Made by a program: the position numbers and the translations under genes. Below, piece by piece: positions 1 through 8,881 of a stretch of 64,000 nt of DNA. Under the pieces are notes generated by a model, which did not search any database, had not been told where the DNA came from, and saw only the letters and a program-made list of their open reading frames with translations. Origin of the DNA: Candidatus Latescibacterota bacterium (GTDB lineage Bacteria; Latescibacterota; UBA2968); NCBI GenBank assembly GCA_965116885.1, contig OZ220741.1, forward strand, positions 4,288,001 to 4,352,000. The letters are read 5' to 3'. The stretch's first letter is position 1; each line of letters starts with the position of its first letter.

Positions 1-1
1 G

Positions 2-2935
2 TCTGGGCGGTTGCGGGTGATGAAGCAGGATGGGAATGGCAATTCGACAACTGTGGGCTATTTGTATGCGGGCGATCATTTTGGCGAAGGGGCACTGTTG
101 AGTAGGCAGGGGCACCGAGCGACGGTGCGAGCGGTTGAGGATGCGGATGTGTTGCAGGTGCCGAAGGATGAGTTTTTTAAGGCTGTGAGAAAACATTCTG
201 ACGTAAGGGCATATCTTGAGGAGCAGGTCTCCTGTATTGCGTATCGGGATTTTACGCGATTTTTGAAAGGGGATGTTCCGGGCGAAGTGATGCGGGTGTT
301 GTTTGCGCGGTTGAAGCGCGAGGCGGTTGAGGAGGGTGTGGCCGTTGTTGAGCGAGGTCAGTTGGGTCAGCGTTTTTATTTGATTGGCAGCGGTCAGTTG
401 GAGGCTGTGTTAGAAAATGGGGATACGGTGATTCTACGCCCGGGTGATTATTTTGGAGATGGTAGAGATGATGAAACGGTGATTCGCAGTCGGCGTGATA
501 GCGTGCTCTTTTATATAGATAAAAGCGATTTTAATAAGTTAAAAGCTATGATGCCGGGATTTGAGGCGGCGTTGGAGAAAGGTCGCATATCGCGTGGAGA
601 ACAGCGATCGAATGAGTCATTGTTTCAACGAGCGCGGGATGATCGGCAAGCCCTGTCCCCATCGGGGTATCGAGAGACCACACCTGTTGAGCAATCTGTC
701 GCCCAAGAAGACACAGAGGCCAATCCAGCATCCAATGTGGTTAATATCAGAATAGACGGTGAAAAACCACAAGTGCCCACATGGTTTCGCTTTCCGTTTT
801 TGAAGCAGCACGATCAATCGGATTGCGGCGCAGCGTGTTTGGGCATGATTTGTAAGTATTACAAGATGCCTATTGGGTTGAACAGACTGCGCGATATGTC
901 CAATGTGTCGCGGTATGGCACATCGATGGCGGCATTGGCTGAGGCTGCGGAAACCATAGGTTTTGTCACGCGCGGCGTGCGCACGGGATATGAAGCTCTG
1001 ATGCGTACAGAATTGCCGGCCATTCTCCATTGGGAAGGCAATCATTTTGTAGTCTTGTATCAGATAAATAAAAAGGAGGTGAAGATAGCAGATCCCGGCG
1101 TGGGTATTCGCAAGTTGTCGCGGGCAGAGTTTGAGAAGGGCTGGACGAATATGGCGCTTTTGTTGGAATACACAGATCAGGTGGCAGAGAATGAACCGTC
1201 TCAGTCTTCTTTTAAGCGGTTTTTTCCATTGATCAGGCCCTATAGGGGCATTTTGATTGAGGTATTGCTGGCGTCTCTGGTGCTCAGTTTGTTCGGTCTT
1301 GCATCGCCCATTTTTATGCAGACAATTGTCGATCAGGTCTTAGTGCATCACGATGAGGACTTGTTGAATTTGATGCTGGTGGGTATGGTCGTGGTTGCGT
1401 TGTTCCAGATGGGGACATCAACGTTGCGCGTCTATTTGATCGGGTATGTGAGTGCGCGGTTGAGCATTGCGATGTTGTCGCGTTTTTATCAGCATTTATT
1501 GGCACTGTCCATGCGGTTTTTTGCTCTGAGGCGCACGGGCGATTTGACCACGCGGTTTCGGGAGAATGCAACGATTCAGCGTTTGTTGACGGGTGCGACG
1601 GTTTCTGCGGTTCTGGATTTTATCATGCTGTTTGTCTATCTGGGCTTGATGTTTTATTACAATGCCGAACTGACGCTGGTCATGCTGATTTTCGTGCCGC
1701 TATCTGTAGGTCTCACGCTGATTTATACGCCTATTTTGAAGTCTTTCAGCCAGCGCGCTTTTCTGGCACGCGCAGAACAGTCATCGGTCTTGATTGATTC
1801 GCTGCATGGCATTGATGTGGTCAAAGCCTCGGCAGTAGAACGCGCGACACGGTGGCATTGGGAAGGCAAGTTCACAAAGGAGATTCAAATTGGCTTTCAA
1901 CGGTTAAAAATGCAGATGTTGTTTGGGGGGATGGGAAGCGTGATCAATTTGCTCAGCAGTACGGTGATTTTGTGGTATGGTGCCTCATTGGTGATTGCGG
2001 GGGACCTGTCGGTTGGGCAGTTGATGGCGTTTAATGCGCTGATTGGCAATGTGATGGGACCGATTATGGGGTTGATTGGAATATGGCCGCAGGTGCAAGA
2101 AGCGCGTATTGCTCTGGATCGGTTAAATGATGTGTATGATACGCAGATGGAGGATGCGCGGCAACAGGGTCAGGGTTTGATCTTAAAGCATTTGGAAGGG
2201 CGCGTGGTTTTTGAGGGGGTATTTTTCAGATATGGTGTCGGTTCTGATGAACCGTATGTGTTGAATAACATAGACCTGACGCTTGAACCTGGTCAAAAAG
2301 TTGCAGTTGTGGGACGCAGTGGCGCGGGTAAAACCACGTTGGTCAAGCTGGTACCCCGTTTGTTTGATCCGTCAGAAGGGCGCGTGACGCTTGATGGCAT
2401 GGATGTGCGAGATCTGGATCCCCATTGGTTGCGGCGGCAGGTGGGTATGGTGATGCAGGAGCCGTTTTTGTTCTCTGGCACGATTGCAGAAAATATCGCT
2501 ATTGGCCAGTCAGATGCGGACATGGACCGCATTTTGGAAGTGGCAAATCTATCTTGTGTACACGATTTCGTGAGCGATATGCCTTTGGGCTATGAGACAA
2601 AGGTGGGCGAGCAGGGTGTGGGGCTGTCTGGTGGACAACGACAGCGGATTGCAATAGCACGGGCGCTGTATTGTGATCCGAAAATTTTGATTTTTGATGA
2701 GGCGACTAATGCGTTGGATACAGATTCAGAACAGGCGATACAGGCGAATTTAGATCTGTTTTTGGATGCTCGCACGGCGTTGATTATCGCGCATCGGTTG
2801 AGTACGGTGCGGGATGCGGATGCGATTGTGGTCTTAGATAAGGGTCATATTGTGGAGGTGGGCACGCACGATGAGTTGATGGTGCAAGAGGGGTTGTATT
2901 ATCACATGTGCAGTCAACAGCTGCAGGTGGTGTGA
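2..2935 (+). CDS. Peptidase-containing ABC transporter (HlyB/PCAT type) with N-terminal cNMP-binding domains, 5' partial
   Basis: Two cNMP-like segments (GDHFGEGALL; GDYFG), C39 motif QHDQSDCGAACL...HWEGNHFVV, TM domain, Walker A GRSGAGKT, LSGGQRQR, ILIFDEAT. Frame is open to the window edge. Confidence 0.93.
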   Translation, partial: SGRLRVMKQDGNGNSTTVGYLYAGDHFGEGALLSRQGHRATVRAVEDADVLQVPKDEFFKAVRKHSDVRAYLEEQVSCIAYRDFTRFLKGDVPGEVMRVLFARLKREAVEEGVAVVERGQLGQRFYLIGSGQLEAVLENGDTVILRPGDYFGDGRDDETVIRSRRDSVLFYIDKSDFNKLKAMMPGFEAALEKGRISRGEQRSNESLFQRARDDRQALSPSGYRETTPVEQSVAQEDTEANPASNVVNIRIDGEKPQVPTWFRFPFLKQHDQSDCGAACLGMICKYYKMPIGLNRLRDMSNVSRYGTSMAALAEAAETIGFVTRGVRTGYEALMRTELPAILHWEGNHFVVLYQINKKEVKIADPGVGIRKLSRAEFEKGWTNMALLLEYTDQVAENEPSQSSFKRFFPLIRPYRGILIEVLLASLVLSLFGLASPIFMQTIVDQVLVHHDEDLLNLMLVGMVVVALFQMGTSTLRVYLIGYVSARLSIAMLSRFYQHLLALSMRFFALRRTGDLTTRFRENATIQRLLTGATVSAVLDFIMLFVYLGLMFYYNAELTLVMLIFVPLSVGLTLIYTPILKSFSQRAFLARAEQSSVLIDSLHGIDVVKASAVERATRWHWEGKFTKEIQIGFQRLKMQMLFGGMGSVINLLSSTVILWYGASLVIAGDLSVGQLMAFNALIGNVMGPIMGLIGIWPQVQEARIALDRLNDVYDTQMEDARQQGQGLILKHLEGRVVFEGVFFRYGVGSDEPYVLNNIDLTLEPGQKVAVVGRSGAGKTTLVKLVPRLFDPSEGRVTLDGMDVRDLDPHWLRRQVGMVMQEPFLFSGTIAENIAIGQSDADMDRILEVANLSCVHDFVSDMPLGYETKVGEQGVGLSGGQRQRIAIARALYCDPKILIFDEATNALDTDSEQAIQANLDLFLDARTALIIAHRLSTVRDADAIVVLDKGHIVEVGTHDELMVQEGLYYHMCSQQLQVV

Positions 2936-2937
2936 TC

Positions 2938-2976
2938 CGCAGATGAACGCAGATAGACGCAGATGAAAACGCAGAT
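2938..2976. repeat. Short tandem repeat, (CGCAGAT-N3-5) x4
   Basis: cgcagatgaa-cgcagataga-cgcagatgaaaa-cgcagat directly after the ABC transporter stop. Confidence 0.7.
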
Positions 2977-3050
2977 CTGAGGGCTGGTAGGCTGGGTGGT
3001 CATCTCATGTCTCACTTCTAACGTCTTACCGCTTTTAAGGAGTCTGCATC

Positions 3051-4433
3051 ATGGCAGAATCGCTTTTGGAGATATCGACCGAGACAATGTCTCCCGGTGT
3101 AATCCAAGGACAAGATGACGCGGCAGAAGAGGTACAGGCGTTTATGGGGTCTTTGCGGCCCTTTTGGGGGCGCGCATTGCTCTATATTGTCCTGCTATTT
3201 GTGATTGTTGCCATTACCTGGGCGTGGTGGAGTAAGATAGATGTGGTGGCATCAGCACCTTTTCGGTTGGTGCCTCTGGGACAAGTGAAGACGATGCAGG
3301 CACAGCGAGGGGGTGAGATTGAGTTGATTGGTGTGAAAGAAGGGGATCATGTCGAGAAAGGGCAGGTATTGTTCAAGCTGAAATCGTGGGAGACCTGGGG
3401 AGAGTTGCGGGAATGGGAGCAGGCAAAGATGGCTTTTCAAAAGGCAGAGTATGATTTCAAGACGGTGTTGCCACAAAGGGCAAGGTTAAATCGAGAGACG
3501 ATAGGGGCATTGGAACAACGTCTTTCTGTTTTGCAGCAGTTTATGGAGGCACATCAGGATGCGCTGGAAGATTATCACAGTGATGTGGGGGATGGTGTCG
3601 GATCGAAAACCACAACATCTGACGCGGGGTTGCAGGCACAGATTGGATTTCGACAGGCTGAGATTGATCTTATGAAAGGGGAGTTTTTGCAGCAAAAGAC
3701 GCTGTTTGAGCGCGAGTTGATCAGCCGGGTGGATATGAATCGCGCGCGTGTGCAGTATTTAAGTGCTTTATCTGCGCTTCCGTCGCGTATGTCAGAGATA
3801 TACAAGAATGAAATGGCAGTGACTGATCTCAAGCGTCAAATCACAGAGGCGCAAATTGCACACGAGCGCGAGGCATCGCAGATGCGACACACTTATGAGA
3901 CCGCACAATTGCGATTGGAACAGGCGCGCAAACGCATTGATCGCACCCTCGAAGCCGAGTCGGATTTGATTCTGGCACCTGAGTCGGGGATTGTCACACA
4001 GGTGATGGTAAATGCGATGGGACAGGTGATCAGCAAAGGGCAGGCTTTAATCGCGCTGGCACCTGCTTCTGCACCGGTGGTTGCAGAAGTGATGGTGTTG
4101 AATAAAGATGTGGGCTTGCTCAAGCCCGGACAGTTGGTCAAGCTGAAATACGATGCTTATGCCTTTCAGAATTTTGGTATCAAACGCGGGTGGCTTACAT
4201 CCATCTCGCCCGATGCGGTGATTGATGAAAGTGTCGGGACAATATTTAAGTGCGTTGTCGAGTTGGAAGAAAATACGATGCGCGTGAAAGGATATGACAA
4301 GCCTTTGATGTTCGGCATGAAGGGCACGGCGGAGATTATGACCGATCGGCAATCGGTTTTGCTGATGTTGCTTTCTCCTTTGCGACAGCTTTACGAGTCG
4401 GCGAGATACGATGTGCAGGAGGGGGTATTGTGA
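3051..4433 (+). CDS. HlyD-family membrane fusion protein
   Basis: N-terminal TM, VKEGDHVEKGQVL lipoyl-like motif, coiled coil, ILAPESGIV, C-terminal GMKGTAEI; AAGGAG RBS. Confidence 0.93.
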   Translation: MAESLLEISTETMSPGVIQGQDDAAEEVQAFMGSLRPFWGRALLYIVLLFVIVAITWAWWSKIDVVASAPFRLVPLGQVKTMQAQRGGEIELIGVKEGDHVEKGQVLFKLKSWETWGELREWEQAKMAFQKAEYDFKTVLPQRARLNRETIGALEQRLSVLQQFMEAHQDALEDYHSDVGDGVGSKTTTSDAGLQAQIGFRQAEIDLMKGEFLQQKTLFERELISRVDMNRARVQYLSALSALPSRMSEIYKNEMAVTDLKRQITEAQIAHEREASQMRHTYETAQLRLEQARKRIDRTLEAESDLILAPESGIVTQVMVNAMGQVISKGQALIALAPASAPVVAEVMVLNKDVGLLKPGQLVKLKYDAYAFQNFGIKRGWLTSISPDAVIDESVGTIFKCVVELEENTMRVKGYDKPLMFGMKGTAEIMTDRQSVLLMLLSPLRQLYESARYDVQEGVL

Positions 4434-5203
4434 TGTCAGAAGTACTAATTCAGGTCAATGGGACAGAGGTGTTATTGAGCCATGTCGTGCGGCAGATGGG
4501 TGTTGCTGATAATCTGCGTTTTTTTGATGGGTTTGCACGCAGGGAATTGATACGACAACTCGCCCGGCGCGAGGGTGTTTGTGTAGCGCAGGAGGATATT
4601 CAGCGCAGGGTAGATGAATGGCGGTATCAACATCGTCTCGAACAGGTGGAAGATACAGAGGTTTATCTTGCAAAGCGGGGTATTACGCTTCAGGATGTGG
4701 CAGAAGATGCCGAGGTGAGGCGGTTGGAGTTTTTGCTGTCTGAGAAGATTGCCGAGGGACAGGTTGAATCTTATTTTGCACAGCACACGCTGGAATTTGA
4801 CGAGGCGGAGATTTGCTGGATTTTTCACACGGCTAAGGATGTGATCGACGAGGTTGATTTGCAGATACGAGAAGATGGCGCAGATTTTTACGCGATGGCG
4901 CGTCGGTTTTCTCAAGATGCACACACGCGACCAGGCAGTGGCTTTCTGGGGCGTGTTCGGCGCAAGCAGTTACCAAAGGGGATTGCTGCGCGCGTTTTTG
5001 CCGCTTCGATAGGTGAAGTTTTTGGTCCAGAAAAAATATCGAAAGGCTTTGCGTTGTACCTGGTACAACAACTCTATCCAGCAACACTAAATGAGCAGAT
5101 AAAAAAAGAGATCCGCAAACATCTGTTTAATCAGTGGTTGCAACGAGAGATGCAGCGGGCAGATATACGGTATCCGATTTGGGAGGCGGAAACGCCTAAA
5201 TAG
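4430..5203 (+). CDS. PpiC/parvulin-like peptidyl-prolyl isomerase associated with the type I secretion cassette
   Basis: GADFYAMARRFSQD...GFLGRV...LP...VF...GP rotamase pattern; GTGA overlap with hlyD. Confidence 0.8.
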   Translation: MMSEVLIQVNGTEVLLSHVVRQMGVADNLRFFDGFARRELIRQLARREGVCVAQEDIQRRVDEWRYQHRLEQVEDTEVYLAKRGITLQDVAEDAEVRRLEFLLSEKIAEGQVESYFAQHTLEFDEAEICWIFHTAKDVIDEVDLQIREDGADFYAMARRFSQDAHTRPGSGFLGRVRRKQLPKGIAARVFAASIGEVFGPEKISKGFALYLVQQLYPATLNEQIKKEIRKHLFNQWLQREMQRADIRYPIWEAETPK

Positions 5204-5216
5204 AAGGAGAATATGG

Positions 5217-6296
5217 GTGAAAATTATTCTTGTTGCAGGTGCGCGACCTAATTTTATGAAAGTTGCCCCGCTGTGGAATCAACTAATTGAGACGCCCGAT
5301 GTGTTTGATCCGATTCTGGTGCATACGGGACAGCACTACGACGATTTTATGTCCGAGATTTTCTTTCGAGACTTAAATCTTCCCAGGCCACATTATGAAT
5401 TAAATGTGGGGTCGGGTAGTCACGCTTACCAGACAGCGCAGATCATGATGGGATTTGAGGAGGTTTTACTTCAAGAAAGGCCGGATTGGGTTCTTGTGGT
5501 TGGGGATGTAAATTCCACTTTGGCATGTGCGATGGATGCAGCGAAATTGCAAATTCCCATTGGACACATAGAGGCGGGGTTGCGAAGTTGGGACCGTTCA
5601 ATGCCCGAAGAGATCAATCGGCTCGTAGTGGATGCCATATCCGATCTCCTGTTTGCACCTTCAACGCAGGCATGTGAAAATCTGAAGCGAGAAGGCATAG
5701 AAGATCACCGCATTCATTTTGTGGGCAATGTGATGATCGATTCTCTGATGTTGCTATCTCCCAAAGCCGATGAATCCCGCATTCTGGATATACACGGTTT
5801 ATCAGTTCAAGATTACGTTTTTCTAACCCTCCATCGCGCCTCAAATGTCGATTGTCCGGATACGTTGGCTGGCATTGTCTCCGCGTTGCAAGTTCTCAAA
5901 TGTCCAATCGCGTGGCCTTTGCATCCAGGAACGCGCAATCGCCTGTCCCAATTTGGTTTTTTGCAAGGGCTTGAGATGATGGACAATATGAAATTTATGG
6001 ATCCCGTTGGCTATCTCGATTCTTTGAAACTTCAGAAGAATGCAAAATTTGTGATGACAGATTCTGGAGGATTGCAAGAAGAGACGACGGCTTTAGGTGT
6101 GCCGTGTTTGACGCTTAGAGAGAATACAGAACGACCAGAGACTATAGATATTGGGACGAACACACTGGTGGGTGTTTGTCCCGAACGTATTGTTGCAAAG
6201 GCTGAATCTGTTTTGAATGGCCATTATAAATCTGGTTGCTTGCCAGAATTGTGGGATGGAAATACAGCGGAGCGAATCGTCGCGTTACTTCCATGA
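5217..6296 (+). CDS. wecB: UDP-N-acetylglucosamine 2-epimerase (non-hydrolysing)
   Basis: GARPNFMK, HTGQHYD, HIEAGLRS, MPEEINR, TDSGGLQEE, RENTERP. Confidence 0.95.
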   Translation: MKIILVAGARPNFMKVAPLWNQLIETPDVFDPILVHTGQHYDDFMSEIFFRDLNLPRPHYELNVGSGSHAYQTAQIMMGFEEVLLQERPDWVLVVGDVNSTLACAMDAAKLQIPIGHIEAGLRSWDRSMPEEINRLVVDAISDLLFAPSTQACENLKREGIEDHRIHFVGNVMIDSLMLLSPKADESRILDIHGLSVQDYVFLTLHRASNVDCPDTLAGIVSALQVLKCPIAWPLHPGTRNRLSQFGFLQGLEMMDNMKFMDPVGYLDSLKLQKNAKFVMTDSGGLQEETTALGVPCLTLRENTERPETIDIGTNTLVGVCPERIVAKAESVLNGHYKSGCLPELWDGNTAERIVALLP

Positions 6297-6306
6297 ACCG
6301 ATGAGA

Positions 6307-6364
6307 AAAAAATCCCTGTAAATGCAGTGCGATTTCCCGCCCTTGCTATTCACAGGGATTTTTT
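6307..6364 (+). terminator. Long inverted repeat, probable intrinsic terminator
   Basis: AAAAAATCCCTGT...ACAGGGATTTTTT after the wecB stop. Confidence 0.55.
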
Positions 6365-6427
6365 GTTTAATTGTTTGTGGTTATCGACATCGACACAGAA
6401 TAATATGATATTGATCGGGAGGATTCC

Positions 6428-6610
6428 ATGAAGAAAAAAAATGTCGTCTATTCCGAGTCCCCTTGGCCGTTCATATTTCCTATCATTTTACTGTATTTGG
6501 GTCTTGTTATAGTAGGTATTTATTTCAAGGGCAAGGAACTGAATAACATTTCTTTCTTTCTGTTGCCCAAAATGCGTGATTTATATACCTTGAATACTTT
6601 AGAACTTTAA
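6428..6610 (+). CDS. Possible small membrane protein
   Basis: GGGAGG RBS, basic N-terminus and one hydrophobic helix; AT-rich. Confidence 0.35.
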   Translation: MKKKNVVYSESPWPFIFPIILLYLGLVIVGIYFKGKELNNISFFLLPKMRDLYTLNTLEL

Positions 6611-6668
6611 CATCTCATAATAGGGTAGGGGGCGACGTGCTCCCTCGAATTCTTTTAGGAGAACCTCT

Positions 6669-7331
6669 ATGCAGCCACCACAGCCGCAACAAGAAGACAT
6701 ACTGGTCTGGTTTCTCAAAGTGTGGAATCAGATTGAAGCAAATTATATCAGAATCCTCACGGGATTTGGCATTGCCATTGTCGCTGCGTTGATAGTCCTG
6801 TTTTTTTATCGGGCACAAACACAACAGGCAGAGGCAGCCCGTGCAGCTCTTGGAGACGTTTATATCGCACTTTATGAAGGGCGCGTAGAAGATGCGCTTA
6901 CCGCATCGCAGGAAGTAATAGAAACCTATGCGGGCGAAGCCGAGGCGGGCGAAGCATTGATGGCACTGGCTAATTTACATTATGAAGAAGGGCGTATCGC
7001 AGAGGCCCAGGCATATTTTCAACAATACCTGGATGAATATCCAACAGATGGACCATTGGGTTATGGTGCCTGGTCGGGCTTGGCATCATGTCTTGAAAAT
7101 GAAGAAAAATTCGCCGAAGCAGGTCAACAGTTCGCAGCCTTCGCCGAAGCACATCCCGGATCGCCATTTGCGCCGATAGCCCTGAAGGAAGCCGGCAGAT
7201 GTTACGAACTCGGCAAAATGCCTCAGCAGGCGAGTGATGCGTATCAAAAGATCGTCAAAGAATACCACGAGTCATCCGTCACAAGATTTGCACGCGGGCA
7301 ATTGAACATGATGGGTATTGAGATAGATTAG
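6669..7331 (+). CDS. Membrane-anchored TPR protein (YfgM/CpoB-like)
   Basis: Single TM followed by TPR-like helices (FQQYLDEYP, FAEAHPGS); AGGAG RBS. Confidence 0.8.
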   Translation: MQPPQPQQEDILVWFLKVWNQIEANYIRILTGFGIAIVAALIVLFFYRAQTQQAEAARAALGDVYIALYEGRVEDALTASQEVIETYAGEAEAGEALMALANLHYEEGRIAEAQAYFQQYLDEYPTDGPLGYGAWSGLASCLENEEKFAEAGQQFAAFAEAHPGSPFAPIALKEAGRCYELGKMPQQASDAYQKIVKEYHESSVTRFARGQLNMMGIEID

Positions 7332-7446
7332 ACACCTGTGGGATGGTGCATGAAAATAAACCATTGCGCCAATAAGGCGAATCAGGTAGATTTCGTTTGG
7401 CGGGTTCGAGTCTCGTTACATCTCTAAGCCCTTGTAAGGACACTTC

Positions 7447-7674
7447 ATGGCAAACATTATCAATCCTCAATCGGATTCTGAAAGACTGGCAAAACTGGAA
7501 GGTCTAATTGAGCAAATCGCCCAAAGGCTGACCAGCATCGAAAACCGCCTGAATAACATGGAAAGCCGCTTGAACAACCTGGAAAACCGCATGGACAAAC
7601 ACTTTCTTTGGGTTGTTGGTCTTATCCTTACAAGTTGGCTTTCGCTTGCGACACTGATCTTACTTAAAACCTGA
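7447..7674 (+). CDS. Small coiled-coil protein with C-terminal TM anchor (DUF1640/CCDC90-like architecture)
   Basis: Heptads LTSIENR-LNNMESR-LNNLENR (21-bp DNA repeats) then a hydrophobic tail; AAGGA RBS. Confidence 0.7.
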   Translation: MANIINPQSDSERLAKLEGLIEQIAQRLTSIENRLNNMESRLNNLENRMDKHFLWVVGLILTSWLSLATLILLKT

Positions 7675-7690
7675 TAGATACACCAAAAAC

Positions 7691-7729
7691 AAAAAAACTC
7701 CTTATGCGCGTCGCGTAAGGGGTTTTTTT
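7691..7729 (+). terminator. Intrinsic terminator
   Basis: AAAAAAACTCCTTATGCG-CGT-CGCGTAAGGGGTTTTTTT. Confidence 0.75.
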
Positions 7730-7796
7730 GTTTGCATGCTACACGCCATAAACTCCGCGAGTTAGGTTGCCCAAGTAGAAATTATCACTTCCAAAT

Positions 7797-7824
7797 ATAC
7801 GGTATAAGATGCATTATGTAAACT
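7797..7824 (+). other. dif: dif-like XerC/XerD recombination site
   Basis: ATACGGTATAA-GATGCA-TTATGTAAACT has the 11-6-11 layout with ATAA/TTAT inner symmetry. The right arm matches the B. subtilis dif arm TTATGTAAACT. It is intergenic and lies at the apparent strand-skew switch. Confidence 0.8.
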
Positions 7825-7928
7825 TAAGGCAAAAACAGCCCAAATCCTGTCTTGAACTGCTGTGCTTTAATCACCCATATCTTGCCCCATAATCCTGGAG
7901 ATTATTTCCACTGGTCTGCGCCCTTCGT

Positions 7929-8555
7929 TTATTGACGTTGTGGTGCTTGAAGCGATTCATCTGTGTCCGCGCGTCCAAGTCCAAGAGCCCGCTGGTATAA
8001 CATATCTGACAGCCGTCGATTCTCTTCTCGGAGCTTCTGAATCGTTTCAGCGCTTTTCTGAGCGGTTATTTCCACTTCTTTTTGTTGTCTGCGCAGCCAA
8101 TTTGCGTCTTGTTCCGCTTGTTTTTCCCTTTCTTTTGCCGCCTGTAGCTCTTCCCGCGTTTTTTCGAGTTCTTCTTTTAGAGCACGAGCTTCCGTCCATC
8201 CAGAGGCTGATGAAGCCTCTAATTGTGCATTTCTTTCGTTCAAACTGCGAATTTCCGCTCTCAACTCCCTATCAACTGTTTCGATCGCTGCCAACTTTCC
8301 CAATTGCTGTTGTTGAGCTTCAAATTCAGATTTTTCGACGAGAATTTGATCGGAATTATGACTCATGTCAATCTGGTTTTTCATCATTTTTTTTCCAAAT
8401 TTTTTTCTGAATAATTCCTCAATTTCATCTCTGGATATTCGCCAGGTTCCGTTCCATTTTTCAGGCTTTAAAAAACCTCTATTAATGTAATTTCTTATTG
8501 TTTTATCAGTCACTTTAAGAATTTTCGCAGCTTCGGTAATTCCATAATTTTCCAT
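7929..8555 (-). CDS. MerR/Xis-like HTH DNA-binding protein with long C-terminal coiled coil
   Basis: YGITEAAKILKVTDKTIRNYINRGFL...WRI HTH, then about 110 aa of E/K/R/Q-rich coiled coil. Start set at ATG 8555 after the AGGAGG RBS. Confidence 0.85.
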   Translation of the reverse strand: MENYGITEAAKILKVTDKTIRNYINRGFLKPEKWNGTWRISRDEIEELFRKKFGKKMMKNQIDMSHNSDQILVEKSEFEAQQQQLGKLAAIETVDRELRAEIRSLNERNAQLEASSASGWTEARALKEELEKTREELQAAKEREKQAEQDANWLRRQQKEVEITAQKSAETIQKLREENRRLSDMLYQRALGLGRADTDESLQAPQRQ

Positions 8556-8631
8556 TTTTACCCTCCTTTTATGTTCCAATTTATTTATATTATTTTTCCA
8601 TTAAATTAGTAATATTTTTCCATATTGTCAA
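8540..8631 (-). promoter_or_regulatory. Sigma70 promoter overlapped by direct repeats (putative operator array)
   Basis: Minus strand TTGACA(8631-8626)-N17-TAATTT. ATGGAAAAATA is exact at 8623-8613 and 8601-8591, with degenerate TGGAA copies starting at 8579, 8555 and 8545. Confidence 0.65.
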
Positions 8632-8881
8632 GAAGGGAAATAACGAAAAATGGCGCACAAATAACGAATTTTTGTTATTTTTTGAAGAAAGACGTATTTT
8701 ACACGAATTTTCAAAAAATAAATGCCCTGAAACTAAAAAAGCTGAACAAGGCAAAAAACAAGGAGAAATCTGAAAAAATATGGGAGAAAAAAACTAAGTG
8801 TTAAAAAATAGGATCAATACCGACTAAAAAACAAGAGCCAGGAGGAAAAACCAAAATTTTAGACACAAAGAGAGGGAAAAA

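Noticed and set aside
6376..6390. DnaA-box-like TTATCGACA suggesting oriC
   Set aside because: Single mismatched box, no cluster, and the skew direction and dif indicate the terminus
8640..8881. Glycine riboswitch upstream of gcvT
   Set aside because: GGAGA occurs, but the CCGAAG and CTCTCAGG elements and pairing stems are absent; the region is simply A-rich
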